Numbered from the stretch's first letter, positions 15,556 to 29,569 are shown. The stretch: 64,000 nt of DNA from Octopus vulgaris (GCA_951406725.2 OX597823.1:70866001-70930000), one strand, 5' to 3'. Notes: generated from the letters alone by a model not told the origin. Numbers and translations: made by a program.

Positions 15556-15994
15556 TAATAATAATAATAATAATAATGACAACAATATAAAAGATGATAA
15601 TAACAGTACTAGTGATAGCCATTACAGAAGAGGAAGTAAAAACACGAACAACTTAAATGATAACCTAAAGAAAGAAAGAGTTGTGTTTGGTAGGGCAAGC
15701 ACGGCGGACTTAGGCAATAAACCACTTGAGTAAAGTAGGAATGTTGGTAATGAAGCTGACCAGAATTATTCCTGGGGACCCTAGAATCCGACATATCAAG
15801 GAGTAAAAGAAAAATAATTGAGAAGGTTGGTGGGCCTGAAGGACTTATGCAAAAAACTAAAATTACTGAAGAAGCTAAATTGTGATATGAAACTATTTAA
15901 TGTGTTAGTGTTGAGCGAACATAGAGCTGATGACAACATAAGGAAATTAAAATTAAAATTAAAACTAAAATAGGTGTAGTAACACTGATACAGA

Positions 15995-16075
<81 letters not shown>

Positions 16076-16455
16076 AAGAGAGAGTTAGAAAGAGAGAGAG
16101 AGAGAGAGAAGTAGGAATTAGGAGTAAAGTATCAAAAGTGAAGAGTAAATACTTAATACATGGCTAGTTATAAAGATATTAGAAATCATTGTAAAGAGAA
16201 CAGTAGGAATAAGGATTAAGGGATGAGAAGTAGTGTGTAAATGCTCAATACACAACTAGTTAATTACAGGGATAGGTACAAGAAATTCCTGAATTGGAGA
16301 GGTTATAGATGCGGTAGGATTTGGGGAATGAAGTGGAGATTTTAACTTGCGCATGAGAGGATAAAAAGCATTACCTATAAGGAATAGCAGAATTCAGGAT
16401 AAAGTAAGGTAAAAATGAAATAAAGTACAGAGTACTGCTAGCATTGTGTGGAAGT

Positions 16456-16781
16456 GTGAAGGCGCATGGCTCAGTGGTTAGAGCATCGAGCTTACGATCG
16501 TGAGGTTGTGAGTTCGAATCCCGGACCGAGCTGCGTGTTGTGTTCTTGAGCAAGACACTTTATTTCACGTTGCACCAGTTTACTCAGCTGTAGAAATGAG
16601 TTGCCACGTCACTGGTGCCAAGCTACACCGGCTGTTGCCTTTCCCTTGGATAACACTGGTGGCGTGGAGAGGGGAGGCCGGTATGCATGGGCGACTGCTG
16701 GTCTTCCATAAATAACTTTGCCCGGACTTGCGCCTGGGAGGGTAGCTTTCTAGGTGCAATCCCATGGTCAGTCATCACAGC
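16456..16781 (+). mobile_element. tRNA-derived SINE, family C (CORE-like)
   Basis: A box tggctcagtgg, B box gagttcgaatcc, cttgagcaagacactt motif; 11-bp TSD tgtgtggaagt at 16445-16455 and 16782-16792. Confidence 0.9.
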
Positions 16782-16966
16782 TGTGTGGAAGTAAAAATCT
16801 TCGAGAGACCTTCGGAGAATTAAATCGTAGACTAGCCTCCGACGTACACAAAATGACCTAAGGAAGAATATGCAAGCACTAGGCCGAAAACATGCTTCGG
16901 CAGAAAAATAAGTGTAAAGCTGGCAGTGGACTGCGGCAGCCCACGATTCTCTCAAACAGATAGAGT

Positions 16967-17160
16967 ATAATCCTTTCTACTAAGGGCACAAGGCCTGGAT
17001 TTTGTGGGGAGAGGGACAGTCGATCATATCGACCCCAATGCTCAACTAGTACTTGATTCATCGTTCCGGAAAGGACGAAAAGCAAAGTCGACCTCGGTGG
17101 AATTTGAACTCAGAACGTAGCGATGGGCGAATTACCGCTTAGCATTTTGCCCGACGTGCC
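16967..17160 (-). mobile_element. SINE family B
   Basis: Reverse-complement similarity to 5058-5257. Confidence 0.8.
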
Positions 17161-17351
17161 TTAGCTAGAGTATAATAAGTAAGAAATGAAAAATAGAAAG
17201 GAAGAGATGTACTGAGAAGTAGAAAAGTTGTAAGATCGATATCGGGGGTTGGTGCAGAAATACCAATGACAAAATTGCGCAAGTATTTAAGTTAAGGAGT
17301 TAAAAATTAAGGGATAAATAAAAAAATTAAAAACCAGAGTTCAGAAAATTA

Positions 17352-17413
<62 letters not shown>

Positions 17414-17589
17414 CCTTTGGTTTAATTACAGTTATGTTTAATTACAATTAGCGAAGCTCTTAATTATGAATTTACTTGCTTTGTCGTATATAGTTGCTCA
17501 TGCAGTTAATTGTTGCTATGGATAATAACATTTCCCCTTGTAATTGTTGTTACACTGTCTTAAACTGAGAAAGCAATGTATAAGAATAG

Positions 17590-18115
17590 GGATCTTTACC
17601 TTTTGACCGGCAGATTTAGAAAATAATTTTTTGTAACTTAAAACTTTCAAACTTCGTATACTAATAGAATGCGTCATATAAAACATCTTTTACTCTTTGC
17701 GTTTTTGAGAAAAGTTTATGTTTACGAAGTTATTTCGTGTTAAAGTTCTCGTATTTCGGTAATTTCAACCAATAATTGACCCTAACCATTACAATAAAAC
17801 CTTAAAACTAAAACTAGTACAAACGCACGCACGAACAATGTCATAAATAACAGTGACAAACGAAATATACACCGCCGATAGTTGTTGACAAACAACGGCA
17901 GTAATTTTATTCAGCTGAATACACGTCATTGATTGGTTAAAATTACCGAAATACGAGAACTTTAACACGAAATAACTTCATAAACATAAACTTTTCTCAA
18001 AAATGCTAAGAGTAAAAGATGTTTTATATGACACATTCTATCAGTATACGAAGTTTGAAAGTGTTTAGTTACAAACATTTATTTTCTAAATCTGCCGGTC
18101 AAAAGGTCAAGATCC
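17590..18115. mobile_element. Long-TIR MITE (Merlin- or Mutator-like)
   Basis: TIRs of about 185 bp starting GGATCT; perfect 8-bp TSD aagaatag (17582-17589 and 18116-18123); a paralogous empty site lies near 12110. Confidence 0.92.
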
Positions 18116-18249
18116 AAGAATAGTGACAATGTTTGTTGTCAATCCAAAAGTCAGCTTCTGTAGAGTGGTGAAGTTCAGTGCTATTGAAATAACTGAACAT
18201 AAATTATATAGTCTTATCATATCTTACAGTGATGAATAACGCTCTGACC

Positions 18250-18381
18250 TGGTACTTGATTTTATCGACCTCGAAAGGATGAAAGTAAAGACCATCTCTG
18301 CAAAATTTGAACTCAGAACGTAAGGACGGACAAAATACTGCTAAGAATTTCTCCCCGTGTTCTAACGATTCTGCCAGCTTG
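18250..18381 (-). mobile_element. SINE family B, partial
   Basis: Similarity to other family B copies. Confidence 0.75.
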
Positions 18382-18904
18382 GACCTTAAAATAAATAAAC
18401 AAACAAATAAATAAATAATAAACATAAAAATAAGAATTAAGAATTAACACAAGTATTAATGATGCTATAAAATGCTAATTCGTTATAAACGAACATTAAG
18501 AAATGTAAACAAATATGAAATAAAAGTATGAGAATATGACTTATAAAATATGAGTTAAGGGTAAAGGATTAGATGATAAAGTAAAATCTACTTGTCCAAT
18601 GTTACTACCTTATTTTAACCCCAGGAAAAGATCTTTTCCAGCTGGCTACCGACGCAGGACAATCGTTTATGGGTTACTTCACTTCATCGACACAGGATAA
18701 CTGTTGGTTAGAAATGACAGCAGTATGCACTTTGCCTCGTAAGCGACCTGCACACGGGAGAGGCCAAACGTCAGAGAGCACCAAGCTCAATCGACCCCTC
18801 CTTGCGGGCCCTCCGCTGAAGATAGGTTGTATAGTATATATACTTGCACAAATACATTTAGAGAACCACTCTCATAGTTATAAATATATGTAAGATAAAT
18901 ATAA

Positions 18905-19146
18905 AGGCGCCCTTTTAAAACCTAGCCAGACTCATGGGCCCGGTTTCCCGGTTTCTATGGTGTATGTTGTCCCCAGCTTGACGGGACGCCAGTCCATCGC
19001 AGCGTTACTCATTTTTGCCAGCACGGTGGACTGGAGCAACGAGAAATGAAGTGTTTTGCTCAAGAACACAACGTTCGCCCGGTCCAGGAATCGAAACCAC
19101 AACCTTACGATCATGATGCTGACACCCTAACCACTTAGCCACGCAC
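18905..19146 (-). mobile_element. SINE, family C-related
   Basis: Minus-strand head gcgtggctaagtggttagg...ggtttcgattcc, followed by cttgagcaaaacactt. Confidence 0.8.
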
Positions 19147-19156
19147 TTCCGACCCC

Positions 19157-19188
<32 letters not shown>

Positions 19189-20145
19189 CCACACACACGC
19201 ATACATATATACATTTACATACAATTAGACTACACCCAAATATACGTACTCCCATCCTCAGTCTTATTTCATTGTATTTTTCATCTCGCTTTCTCACTAC
19301 TCTGCCTTTTCATGCCTTACCAAATATGTGACTTCCCTTATGATTTAAGATTAGTATTTATATTTTATGAAGTGAGTTTATATGTCTGCGTTTGACTTGT
19401 AACTAAAACACGTTCAAGGCGGTGCCCCAGCATGGCCACAATGAAATGTCTGAAATAATTAAAAGAAAATAAAACATGACAAACGATATGAATGCGTCTG
19501 TTTCTTTCCTCTTCCACCTCTGCTCCCTTTTCTTCTTTCACTTCTACTGCTTCTTCATCTAACCATATGTTTATATCTACTTTGGCATTGCTACTTTACT
19601 CGCCATGCTGTCCTGTCTTCAGTCTGTTTACCTTTTCGTCATATAAGCAAAACACAAAGTCTGACAGACGCACACAATAAGAGCGCATCTTTGATGCGGG
19701 TCTCAGGAAATGTCGCTCTAATGTAAAGAACCGCAAATATTACGTAAATCATTACTTTGTACTTCTGCGTGAACTGGCTTTGAAAGCAGATTTGGTACAC
19801 AAACGATTGTAACTGATCATTCAAGATGTGGCAAAGTTTTTTGTCTTCGTACTTGGGTTATATATATCAATATATCTATATGTTTGTATGCATGAATGCA
19901 TTATTTGTGTGCTTATGTGTGTGTAATAGTCATATATATATATATATATATATATATTGACATATACTAAATAATTAGGGTTCAGCAACGATTTGCCTCA
20001 CCACATACTGAAGTTTAGAAATAGCAGTCAAAATCTTGGCTATTCTTTCTACTTTAAAGGGAGATCCCAGAGAAACCAAAGCACTCAAAAGCAAACCACG
20101 CAGGTAGAAGGGAAAAAATGACGAAAATCATTCTATATTAAGTTG

Positions 20146-20236
20146 CCTACGGACGCGCGTTTCGGAATTAAGCCAGAATAGAGCATAAATAATAAATAAT
20201 TATACCTTACCTGACTATTTTCCTCATCAGCGTAGG
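20146..20236 (-). ncRNA. Minimal type-I hammerhead ribozyme, canonical core
   Basis: cctacg CTGATGA ggaa..ttcc GAAA cgcgcg TC cgtagg. Confidence 0.85.
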
Positions 20237-20512
20237 GTTCTTCAACCATAAATAATTGCGTCTCAATTATTAATAATTGTGTATTAAATTTGAAGGCACT
20301 GGGAACCATCACTTCACCTCATGGTATCAGAGAGAACGTATAGCTTGCCAGTACCGCCAAATTCAAAAAGTGAATGAGAGTAGGTCACTCTCCCCTGTCC
20401 ACCAGCTATACGTTCTCTCTGATACCATGAGGTGAAGTGATGGTTCCCAGTGCCTTCAAATTTAATACACAATTATTAATGATTGAGACGCAATTATTTA
20501 TGGTTGAAGAAC

Positions 20513-20603
20513 CCTACGCTGATGAGGAAAATAGTCAGGTAAGGTATAATTATTTATTATTTATGCTCTATTCTGGCTTAATTCCGAAACGCGCGCCCGT
20601 AGG
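20513..20603 (+). ncRNA. Hammerhead copy with U16.1 changed to C
   Basis: cctacg CTGATGA ggaa..ttcc GAAA cgcgcg CC cgtagg. Confidence 0.7.
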
Positions 20604-21021
20604 CAACTTAATATAGAATGATTTTCGTCATTTTTTCCCTTCTACCTGCGTGGTTTGCTTTTGAGTGCTTTGGTTTCTCTGTGACCTCCCTTTAAAGTAG
20701 AAAGAATAGCCAAGATTTTGACTGCTATTTCTAAACTTCAGTATGTGGTGAGGCAAATCGTTGCTGAACCCTAGTTATTTAGTATTACTTAACTTACCAT
20801 GAATTGGTCTTTTACATGCTGAATTCTACTTGGTGAAATTACTGATTACTTCGTAATTAATTAATTTCACCCTTTGTTATTATTGATATATTGACATATA
20901 TATATATATATACATACATATACACACACAAATATACATACATACATATACATACATACATACATACATACATACATACATACATACATACATACATACA
21001 CATGCATACATACATACATAT

Positions 21022-21054
<33 letters not shown>

Positions 21055-21065
21055 TATATACAAAT

Positions 21066-21190
21066 GTGACCGCTCGAAACGTTAAACCCTCCTTCTTTCC
21101 TTCTTTCCTGAGCGTTCAATAATACTATATTTGTTCCACGTCCTCGCGTTGCTGTGTTTTTTTTTTGTGCTTTCTTGTTTGGATTAACTT
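21066..21190 (+). repeat. (TA)n-associated repeat family D, internally deleted
   Basis: Matches 42001-42100, 42129-42335 (reverse) and 61020-61226 (reverse); ends in ggattaact. Confidence 0.8.
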
Positions 21191-21255
<65 letters not shown>

Positions 21256-21614
21256 TGTATACAAACTTTTCGGGACTTGTAATGGTTTCATTGTTCATTA
21301 TATCTGAGTGAATTTGACTAAAACGTGTACAGAAGACCTTATTACACAGCAATAAAAATCTGAATCAGCATGAGATTCTGTTCAACCGAGAGATAACTTT
21401 GCTCGTTACACTCTGCTGAGAAACCACAAAATAATCATATTTTAGTAATTGCTTTTCAAAAGAATCATATGTAATTGCCTCACATTGTCAATCTTTAATT
21501 GAAATATCATGTTCCCTCATAAAATTCTGGAACATATTATCGTTTGCATGTGAAAACGAAATGCAACCAAACGTAGACTTCTGAAAGAAGAGAAAATATA
21601 TATATATACGATAA

Positions 21615-22084
21615 GCGCAGGATTGGCTGTGTGACAAGAAGTTGTGTGGCTTCCAAACCACATGGCTCCGGGTTCAGTCACACTGCGTGACATCATGGGC
21701 AAGTGTCTTCTATTATAGTCACGGGCCGACCAAAGCTTTGTGAGTTGATTTGGTCGACAGAAACTGAAAGAAGACCATCGTGTGTGTGTGTATATATATA
21801 TATATATGTATACACATATACATATATATGTATGTATGTATATTTGTATGTATGTATGTATGTATGTATGTATGTATGTGTGTGTGTGTGTGTTGAGTGT
21901 GTATCTGTGTTTGTTCCCCCACCGCTTGACAACCGGTGTTAGTCTGCACATGTCCCTGCAATACAGAGTTTCGACATAAGAGGCCAATAAAATAAGTACT
22001 GGTGTTAATTCATTCGACTAAAATATCTTCAAGGAAGTGCTCCAGCATGACCACAGTCTAATAACTGGAACAAATAAAAGATAA
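21615..22084 (+). mobile_element. SINE family A
   Basis: A/B-box head and body shared with 2502-2872. Confidence 0.85.
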
Positions 22085-22714
22085 ACGAATATATTAGAAT
22101 ATATTTTGCTTATGACTAAACTTATGATACATCCCAACAGTATAAGTAGGACAAGTTTCATGAATTAATGGATCAACGTGTTTCTCCATAATTTCATATT
22201 TTGATTTCAGTTTATCGGAAGATTTCCCTACACTTATTATTTTATTACCCGTTTGGGCATCTTATCTTATATTTTATAGCATCCTTGCATTAGCTATCTT
22301 ATTATTTACTCAAACTATCTTTTTCAAAGAGGTGTTAAGGAGCAGAACGAAAATTCTGTTTACATTACTGATAAGTATATCTTCGAGTGATATAATGGCT
22401 CCGATTTAAATATCCTACGCGCGTTTTCTGTGTGGCCAGATAAATGCTTGTGAAAGGTAGAAGATTGCATATGCTTACCCAATCATGATGTTGATTCAGT
22501 TGCAGCACGTTCTTTATCACTCAAATAATTTCCGCCATTAATATGCCAATCTCTTGTCCACCAAATTCATTTAATTCTAATATACACACGTACGCGCACA
22601 TACATACTTACATACATACATACATACATACATATATACAAACACACACACTCATATGTATATATGTGTGTATATATATATATGTGTGTGTGTGTGTATA
22701 CATATATGTGTGTG

Positions 22715-22745
<31 letters not shown>

Positions 22746-22775
22746 CCTTACATACGTTTACATATATGTATATAC

Positions 22776-22945
22776 TCCTTACTACTATAAGTACAAGGCC
22801 TGAAATTTTAGGAAGAGGGCCATTAGATTAGATCGACCGCAGTACGCAACTGGTACTTGATTTATTGATCCCGGAAGGATGAAAGGCAAAGTAGACCTCG
22901 GCAGAATTTGAACTCAGAACATAGCGATGAGCGAAATACCGCCAA
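22776..22945 (-). mobile_element. SINE family B
   Basis: Family similarity. Confidence 0.8.
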
Positions 22946-24163
22946 TCATTCACAAACTTTTAGTCAAAATTTTCACACAACTGAACATCAATGATGAGTA
23001 TTTAGAGCAATGTGATGGTTCATAAGCATTTATAAGTATTCATAATTACAAACGCATCGAATAAATATTGTAAGGTAGTTGGGGAATTGCTATTCAAAAT
23101 AATAAGCAACTGTAGGATGAAAGCTTTTGAAAGTATCGAAAACTGATATAAGCGTTGAGATGTGTCGAATTGTAATTAAAAACCAGATAGTGTAAATCAT
23201 CAATAATCTTAGAAACGGGTATACAAATACAAACAATGAGACAGATCTTAGAATTTAAAATCAAAACAAGTGCAAGAGACTATCACAGAAAATATATACA
23301 AATAAAATGAATTAGTAAACGAATTAAGAATAAGCTTCTTATAAAGGTGGAGGGATTTTGTTTAGGAAAAATTAGAAGGGAAGCACTTACAAGATAATAC
23401 TAAAGAGAAATAAAATAAAGAAGAAAAAAGAGCAAGGAATACAAAACTGTGACGAAGTGATATTTATATGAGTGTATATTGTGTATGTGATACAACGTCA
23501 TGTAGTGTTTATAACTTTAAGTTTAAAAGGGAGCTGGCAGCAACAGAAAAAGCATATGGTAGATGAGGAAATTATATAGATGGACAGAACAAAACCTGAC
23601 TCTGAAAAGCAGAAAAAGCTGCTCGAAATAGGGATTAACTAAAAGCAGTTTATACAATAATATGGGTACAAAAAAATAAGCATAAAAGATGTCCATAGAA
23701 TAAAATGTAAGTAGAATCAAATGTATTACAGAGTATAGAAAATGTATACATCCAAAATAATGTTTATTGAGGAAATTGGAAAAACACAGGAGCAGTAAAA
23801 CGTCTCTTGAACAAGGCGGATTAGATTCAATTTCTAAGTATATTTCAGTATTGTAAAAATATGTATCTTCCTACACACCTATATGCATATATACCTATAC
23901 ACATGCATAGGTGTACATCTTTTATACATATAAGCATTCGTAAATATATATATATATATATATATAACTACAAAATGGGACAAGAACGCAAGAAAAAACA
24001 AAAGCAAACAGACAAAACCTCTACGATAAAATTATTTTCGTTATAATTCAAATAAGATTGGAAATAATTAAAATAAATGGAAAAAATACAATTACTTCAT
24101 CTGATAATCCAATGTATGTCTATATAGACACACACACACACACATGTACATAAGTATATATAA

Positions 24164-24214
<51 letters not shown>

Positions 24215-24261
24215 CACATACATACGTACATGCGTATATATATATACATACGTATATATAT

Positions 24262-24482
24262 CTTTTATCTTTTATTTGTTTCAGTCATTAGACTGCGGCC
24301 ATGCTGGGGCATCGCCTCGAATGAATCGATCCCAGTATCTATATTTTAAGCCTGATACTTATTCTATCAGTCTCTTTTTGCCGAACCGTCAATGTATAGG
24401 GACGCAAACACATCAACGCTGCTTGTCAAGCAGTGGTGGGGAACAGAGACAAAGACACACACACATACACACAACATGCACG

Positions 24483-24522
<40 letters not shown>

Positions 24523-24703
24523 CACATACACATACACACACACACTCTCTCTCTCTGTCTCACACGCACGCACAGAGACACACACATGACGATCTTTCAG
24601 TTTCCGTCAACCAAATCCAGTCGCAAGCCTTTAGTTGGCCCGAAGTTATAGTCGAAGATACTTGCCCAAGGTGCCACGCAGTGGGACTGAACCCGGAACC
24701 ATG
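24262..24703 (-). mobile_element. SINE family A
   Basis: Family similarity. Confidence 0.85.
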
Positions 24704-27494
24704 TGTGTATACACACACACACACACACATTTTACATATATATATAAATATATACACATATGTGTCTGTGTGTGCTAACTGAGCAACCAAAGTATTTATG
24801 TTTTATATCCATAAAGCGATGCATTTGGGGTATTCAAGTGACTACTCAACATAGTGAGCTTCCATATATTATAGCTCTGTAATCTATGAATCCATAATTT
24901 TGTGTTTTGTTTGTTTGTATGCTTGCATAATCTTTGTTAATCTACTCGCCTACGACTTCGTGCGTAATCGTGTCTTCATTCATGCATAACTCGTATGCCT
25001 TATGTACAATTTTATGCTCGGGTGCGTGACAATGCATAGGACCATCTTGGTGAACATGCATGTCTGTTAATAAAAGTTTACTCGAAATAATGTCTTTGTA
25101 TATTTGTCTATTTGTGCATGCAGGAGTAGGTCAGTGTATGCACATATGATATAATCGATATTAAAAGTACTTTTACTTTACTTGTGATAAAATTGTAAAC
25201 AAATTTTGAAAGATAAAGTTTGCGTGGGTAGAGAAAGAACTACTTACAAACGTTGTTGCTGTATGAAGTGCACTATTCATGACAAAGATGATGATGATGA
25301 TGATGGTGATGACGACGACGACGATGATGATGATTGGGATCAACAGTACACTTCATACAATGACATCATTGATTGCCAATTCGGTCTCCACCACCAAACT
25401 TTGTTTTCAATTTTATCATAAAGAAGAAAGTACATTTAGTATCGATCTGTGATGCACAGTAAAGGTTTCGATGGCCGGCAGTTCGATACAAGATTTATGT
25501 TTGTGGAGATTGACTTTAATATAAATATTGTTATTAACACTCGACAAATGAAAGCAATTGGATCTGCCTCAGGTGGGGAAGATGTTTCTGTGACACAATG
25601 TGATTTTTTAGATGTTATAGTGTAATTTAAGAAAAAAATTGCTGCTATTTCTAACAGGTCATGGGACCACGTAAAGGTTTCGTCTTCGTTGTGTGTACTG
25701 TTCCCATGGAGACAAAAGCCGCAACTTCCGGTTCGGTTGGGTCGGTAATGTACGCTTCCGATTGACTGAAAGTACATTATTTTAAATACTTGTAACTCTT
25801 TGCTGTTAATGTGATTTTCGCCATCAACATGCTAAATTATATCAGAGTTGAAAATTAAAAAAAATCTGGTGAAAATTTGGAATACTTGAAGTAGTCGGAA
25901 GAATTTTATAAAAAGCCATAAGTTTGGCAGACAGGTAAATGTATACACATATAGCACGTGTCTATTCGTTTCAATTCCAATACCTCTGGGTGTGTTTGTG
26001 TGTGTGTCATTATTATATGTAAGATATTGCTGCACATGGTAATAATTTTAATAGTAGTAGTTGAATCTGGTTTCGGTAGCTGCATGATTGATTATACACT
26101 AAATACGTCAGCATTACAGCTGTGCTAGTAAATGGTGCACAAGGGGATTGTGTAGTAGACTTAGATTTTTTCCTTCTCCACCCCTATTCGTATTATTTAC
26201 TCTCTTCATTTACAAATTTGATTCCATATTATTCATTCAGCCGAGACAAAAGCTTACAATGATTAAATATGTCGCCACGTACGTTTATCTTAATTATCGA
26301 TTACTTATAATGTACATTTTGGAAGAGGACAAACTCAATTATAAGTAACAGCACTTGGCTGTTATTTATTTTATTAACCCTTTAAAAATGAAAAAATATC
26401 AATCCCAACGGGATTTGAAACCAAAGCCTAAAGAGACGTAAGTACAAGGTATTTTGTCCGATTCACTTTCGATCCTACCAATACAATATATATAACTTAC
26501 AACAGTTTTGAATTCAAAAATTCAAGCTTGTATTCCATTTAATTTGTTAACATATTTCCATAACTAAAACGCCAGAAATGAATTTTTCATTTCATCTAAT
26601 TTTCGATATTATGCCTCAGTAGGTGTATTACACCTTTCTATTCAGCAGAAAATTAATTTTCTCCGCTCCAACTCATTCCAAGACTGAACAAATATAAAAT
26701 TTATCTTAATCTTATCTTATTATTTCTTGCTATTTATATTTCAAGTAGTTCCACATTATTATTTTGGCAGATTTCAAAATATAGTTAATAAAAATTCAAA
26801 CTAAACTGAATACGCAGACAAATATAAAATGCAATTTTTTTTTTGAGAATAAAACAAAAAGCAATTATTATTTTTTTTCTACCATTTCTGAGATCAGGGA
26901 CAATGAAAATTTGTTCAAAAACTATTTAATTGAAATATTATCGGTGGCCATTGATTTTATTCTGTGACGTTCGGTTCTGAACTTATGCATTTGTCATTTC
27001 TACAAAGGCTGGATTTTTCATGTACTGCCTTCATTTGTTTGCAAGTTGCTTACAATCTTATTAGAGTTGTGGATAGTGTAGGGTAAACATGCAGAGAACA
27101 GAGTAAGAATGGAGGGATGTGGAAGTGTATGTGTGTGCGAGTGTACATATAAAGCCTGGAAGTGTGAGAGGTGAAGATAGATTTATTTATCCATATGACT
27201 TCCATTACGCGATTGATAGAAGATTCCGAAGGAGGAGCTTACTGTGAAAGCAACACGTTTCTCTGAGTCCATATTCCATACTACTCTCCGTCCTTTACTG
27301 TTACGTCCCGATAAGTTACGGGGACGTAAACGCGCCAACATCGGTTGTCAATTGGTGGTGGAGGACAAACACAGACATAAAGACTCACACACGCATAAAT
27401 ACATACATACATACATACATACATACATACATACATACATACATACATACATACATACATACATACATAAATATATATATATATATATATATAT

Positions 27495-28005
27495 AAATTA
27501 GGGTATCTGAGAGATATCACCATGCTGAAATAGCAGTCAAAGCCCTGACCCTAAAACCACCTTAAAAGTTCATATCACGGCAGGAGAGAAGGCAGAAAGA
27601 CAAAATAAACTAGCACAAAAAAAGATCTTACTGGATAATTCAAGATCCTTGATTTCTGACTTTGCTTCAGAGAAGCTCTGCTTTCTTCAGTTGAATATAC
27701 CAGAAAGCACATAAATGCAGATGCATATACATACAGAACATACGTTATACTTACATATACGAACGCCCATACATACATATATAAGCACGTATGTACAAGA
27801 CTAGCTTAAATTGCCCGTCAAACATCTCCAAGCGCGATATGGTCAAAATAAACACCGCAGTGAATACATTGACGAATTATATAAATTTATAAATAAGGAT
27901 AATATCGATATTTAAATATCGATCTTATCTAGTGGCCAGCATGGGAATAAATACCATACAACGGTAATAATTATTTAAACTATAAATTAGGGTATCTGAG
28001 AGATA
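27495..28005 (-). mobile_element. 489-bp terminally redundant element with hammerhead motif
   Basis: tataaattagggtatctgagagata is repeated 489 bp apart; a hammerhead motif lies at 27638-27696 on the minus strand. Confidence 0.65.
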
Positions 28006-28059
28006 CCATATCGTTTTCCTCCATGGGCTGTGGAGTACCTACCACTTTCTCACTCTCCT

Positions 28060-28520
28060 TAGCCTTTTCTAGTGGTGGAGGGCACTCTGCTCTAATGTGG
28101 CCCTTGAAGTCACATTTATAACACTGCGGAATCCTTCCCTCCACTCTGTCAAAGTTGTTTCTCCAACAGAGATGTTCTCTACCATTTTTTCCAAGTCCTC
28201 CTCCACGACCTGTACCACCATTTCAAGGGTTTGTCCCTTCCAGTTCCTATAGGGCGTTCTGGTGGCCTGCAAGACCACCGCCTTCTCTTTCATGCCCAGC
28301 AGTTTGTCAGCCACCAGCTAGGCCACATTCACTTCTGGTGGTATGTCTTCTACCCTAACCCTGGAAGTACGTCTCCTAAGGTATACGGGTTGAAGTACCA
28401 CTTCGTCTGTTTTCAATGGGGCGGCTGAGTGCAGTCTGGCATTCGCTATGGCTAAGTCTAACTTACCTTGATAGGCAAAATGCTTGCCTGAGTACCAAAG
28501 ACAAAACTTCTTGAGTCTCT
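28060..28520 (-). pseudogene. LINE (L1/Tx1-like) gag-type ORF1 fragment
   Basis: VRVEDIPPEV... with an internal stop and, after a frameshift, the CCHC knuckle CYKCDFKGHIRAEC. Confidence 0.7.
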
Positions 28521-28539
28521 GCGCATATACATATACATA

Positions 28540-28611
<72 letters not shown>

Positions 28612-29432
28612 CTAAGAGAAACTATCTCAGCTAACCAAATAACCTCTAAATTAATTAAAAGTACAGCTATATTCAGAACACCTTTTCAGAAAATTATCAC
28701 CATTCTAAAAGACAAAGTTTAGCTGGAGAAAAATGAATAAGAGAAGATAAAGTAAAGTTGCCTCTTTAATTCACCGCAATTACATTTGAAAAAAGACACA
28801 TACACACCAATATCTATTCTTAGGAGTCAGAAAGATAAGAAATGCAATAAAATGTTTTAAAAATTAGGTTTAATGAAAAAGGTTTATGGAAAAATGGCAC
28901 ATGATATTAAATTAACGAAATTCAATTAAATCTAAAAACTCAACATAAAATATTCTTTATAGCATCTTGACGACCTGGAGTGGCTCTTTACCCGATATTT
29001 TACGCACCCTGCAGTTAAAGGAGAAGACATTACTGAAATTAGTCATTGCCCATTTTGTCCTAATTTAGGCATAATTTTTTGAAAAGTGATAATTATTAAA
29101 TTAGACATTAGTGCGGGAAAAAATTGCCTTGCAAGCCAAGAGAGGAAATTATTAAATGCCAAAATTTATTCAAATATTTTATGAGCAACCTCAATTATGA
29201 CCGGGTCAAAGTTGAAAACATTCTTGAAAAGAGTACCTGCCGCTTGGCTCTGCATCAAATTGTTTCAACTTCAGCGATAACAACTGTGGTGACCAATTTT
29301 TATTTGTAAAGATGATACAATAGTAGAAAATGATTTAATATTTGCAATGTAATTAAGTTCAAACAGGTAGGGAAAAAATAATGAAAACACAGAGGTTATT
29401 CATTTTGCCCCGATAATAATTTTGCCTCTCCC

Positions 29433-29569
<137 letters not shown>

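Larger units (their letters stand above)
19964..20886. mobile_element. Fold-back Penelope-type (pLTR-like) element with hammerheads
   Basis: Near-perfect inverted arms of about 380 bp (19964-20345 / 20404-20785), a 100-bp tail, and a flanking direct repeat atatattgacatata. Confidence 0.85.

Noticed and set aside
16461-16530. tRNA gene
   Set aside because: It is a SINE head that continues into a SINE body with a TSD; the same applies to the other A/B-box hits.
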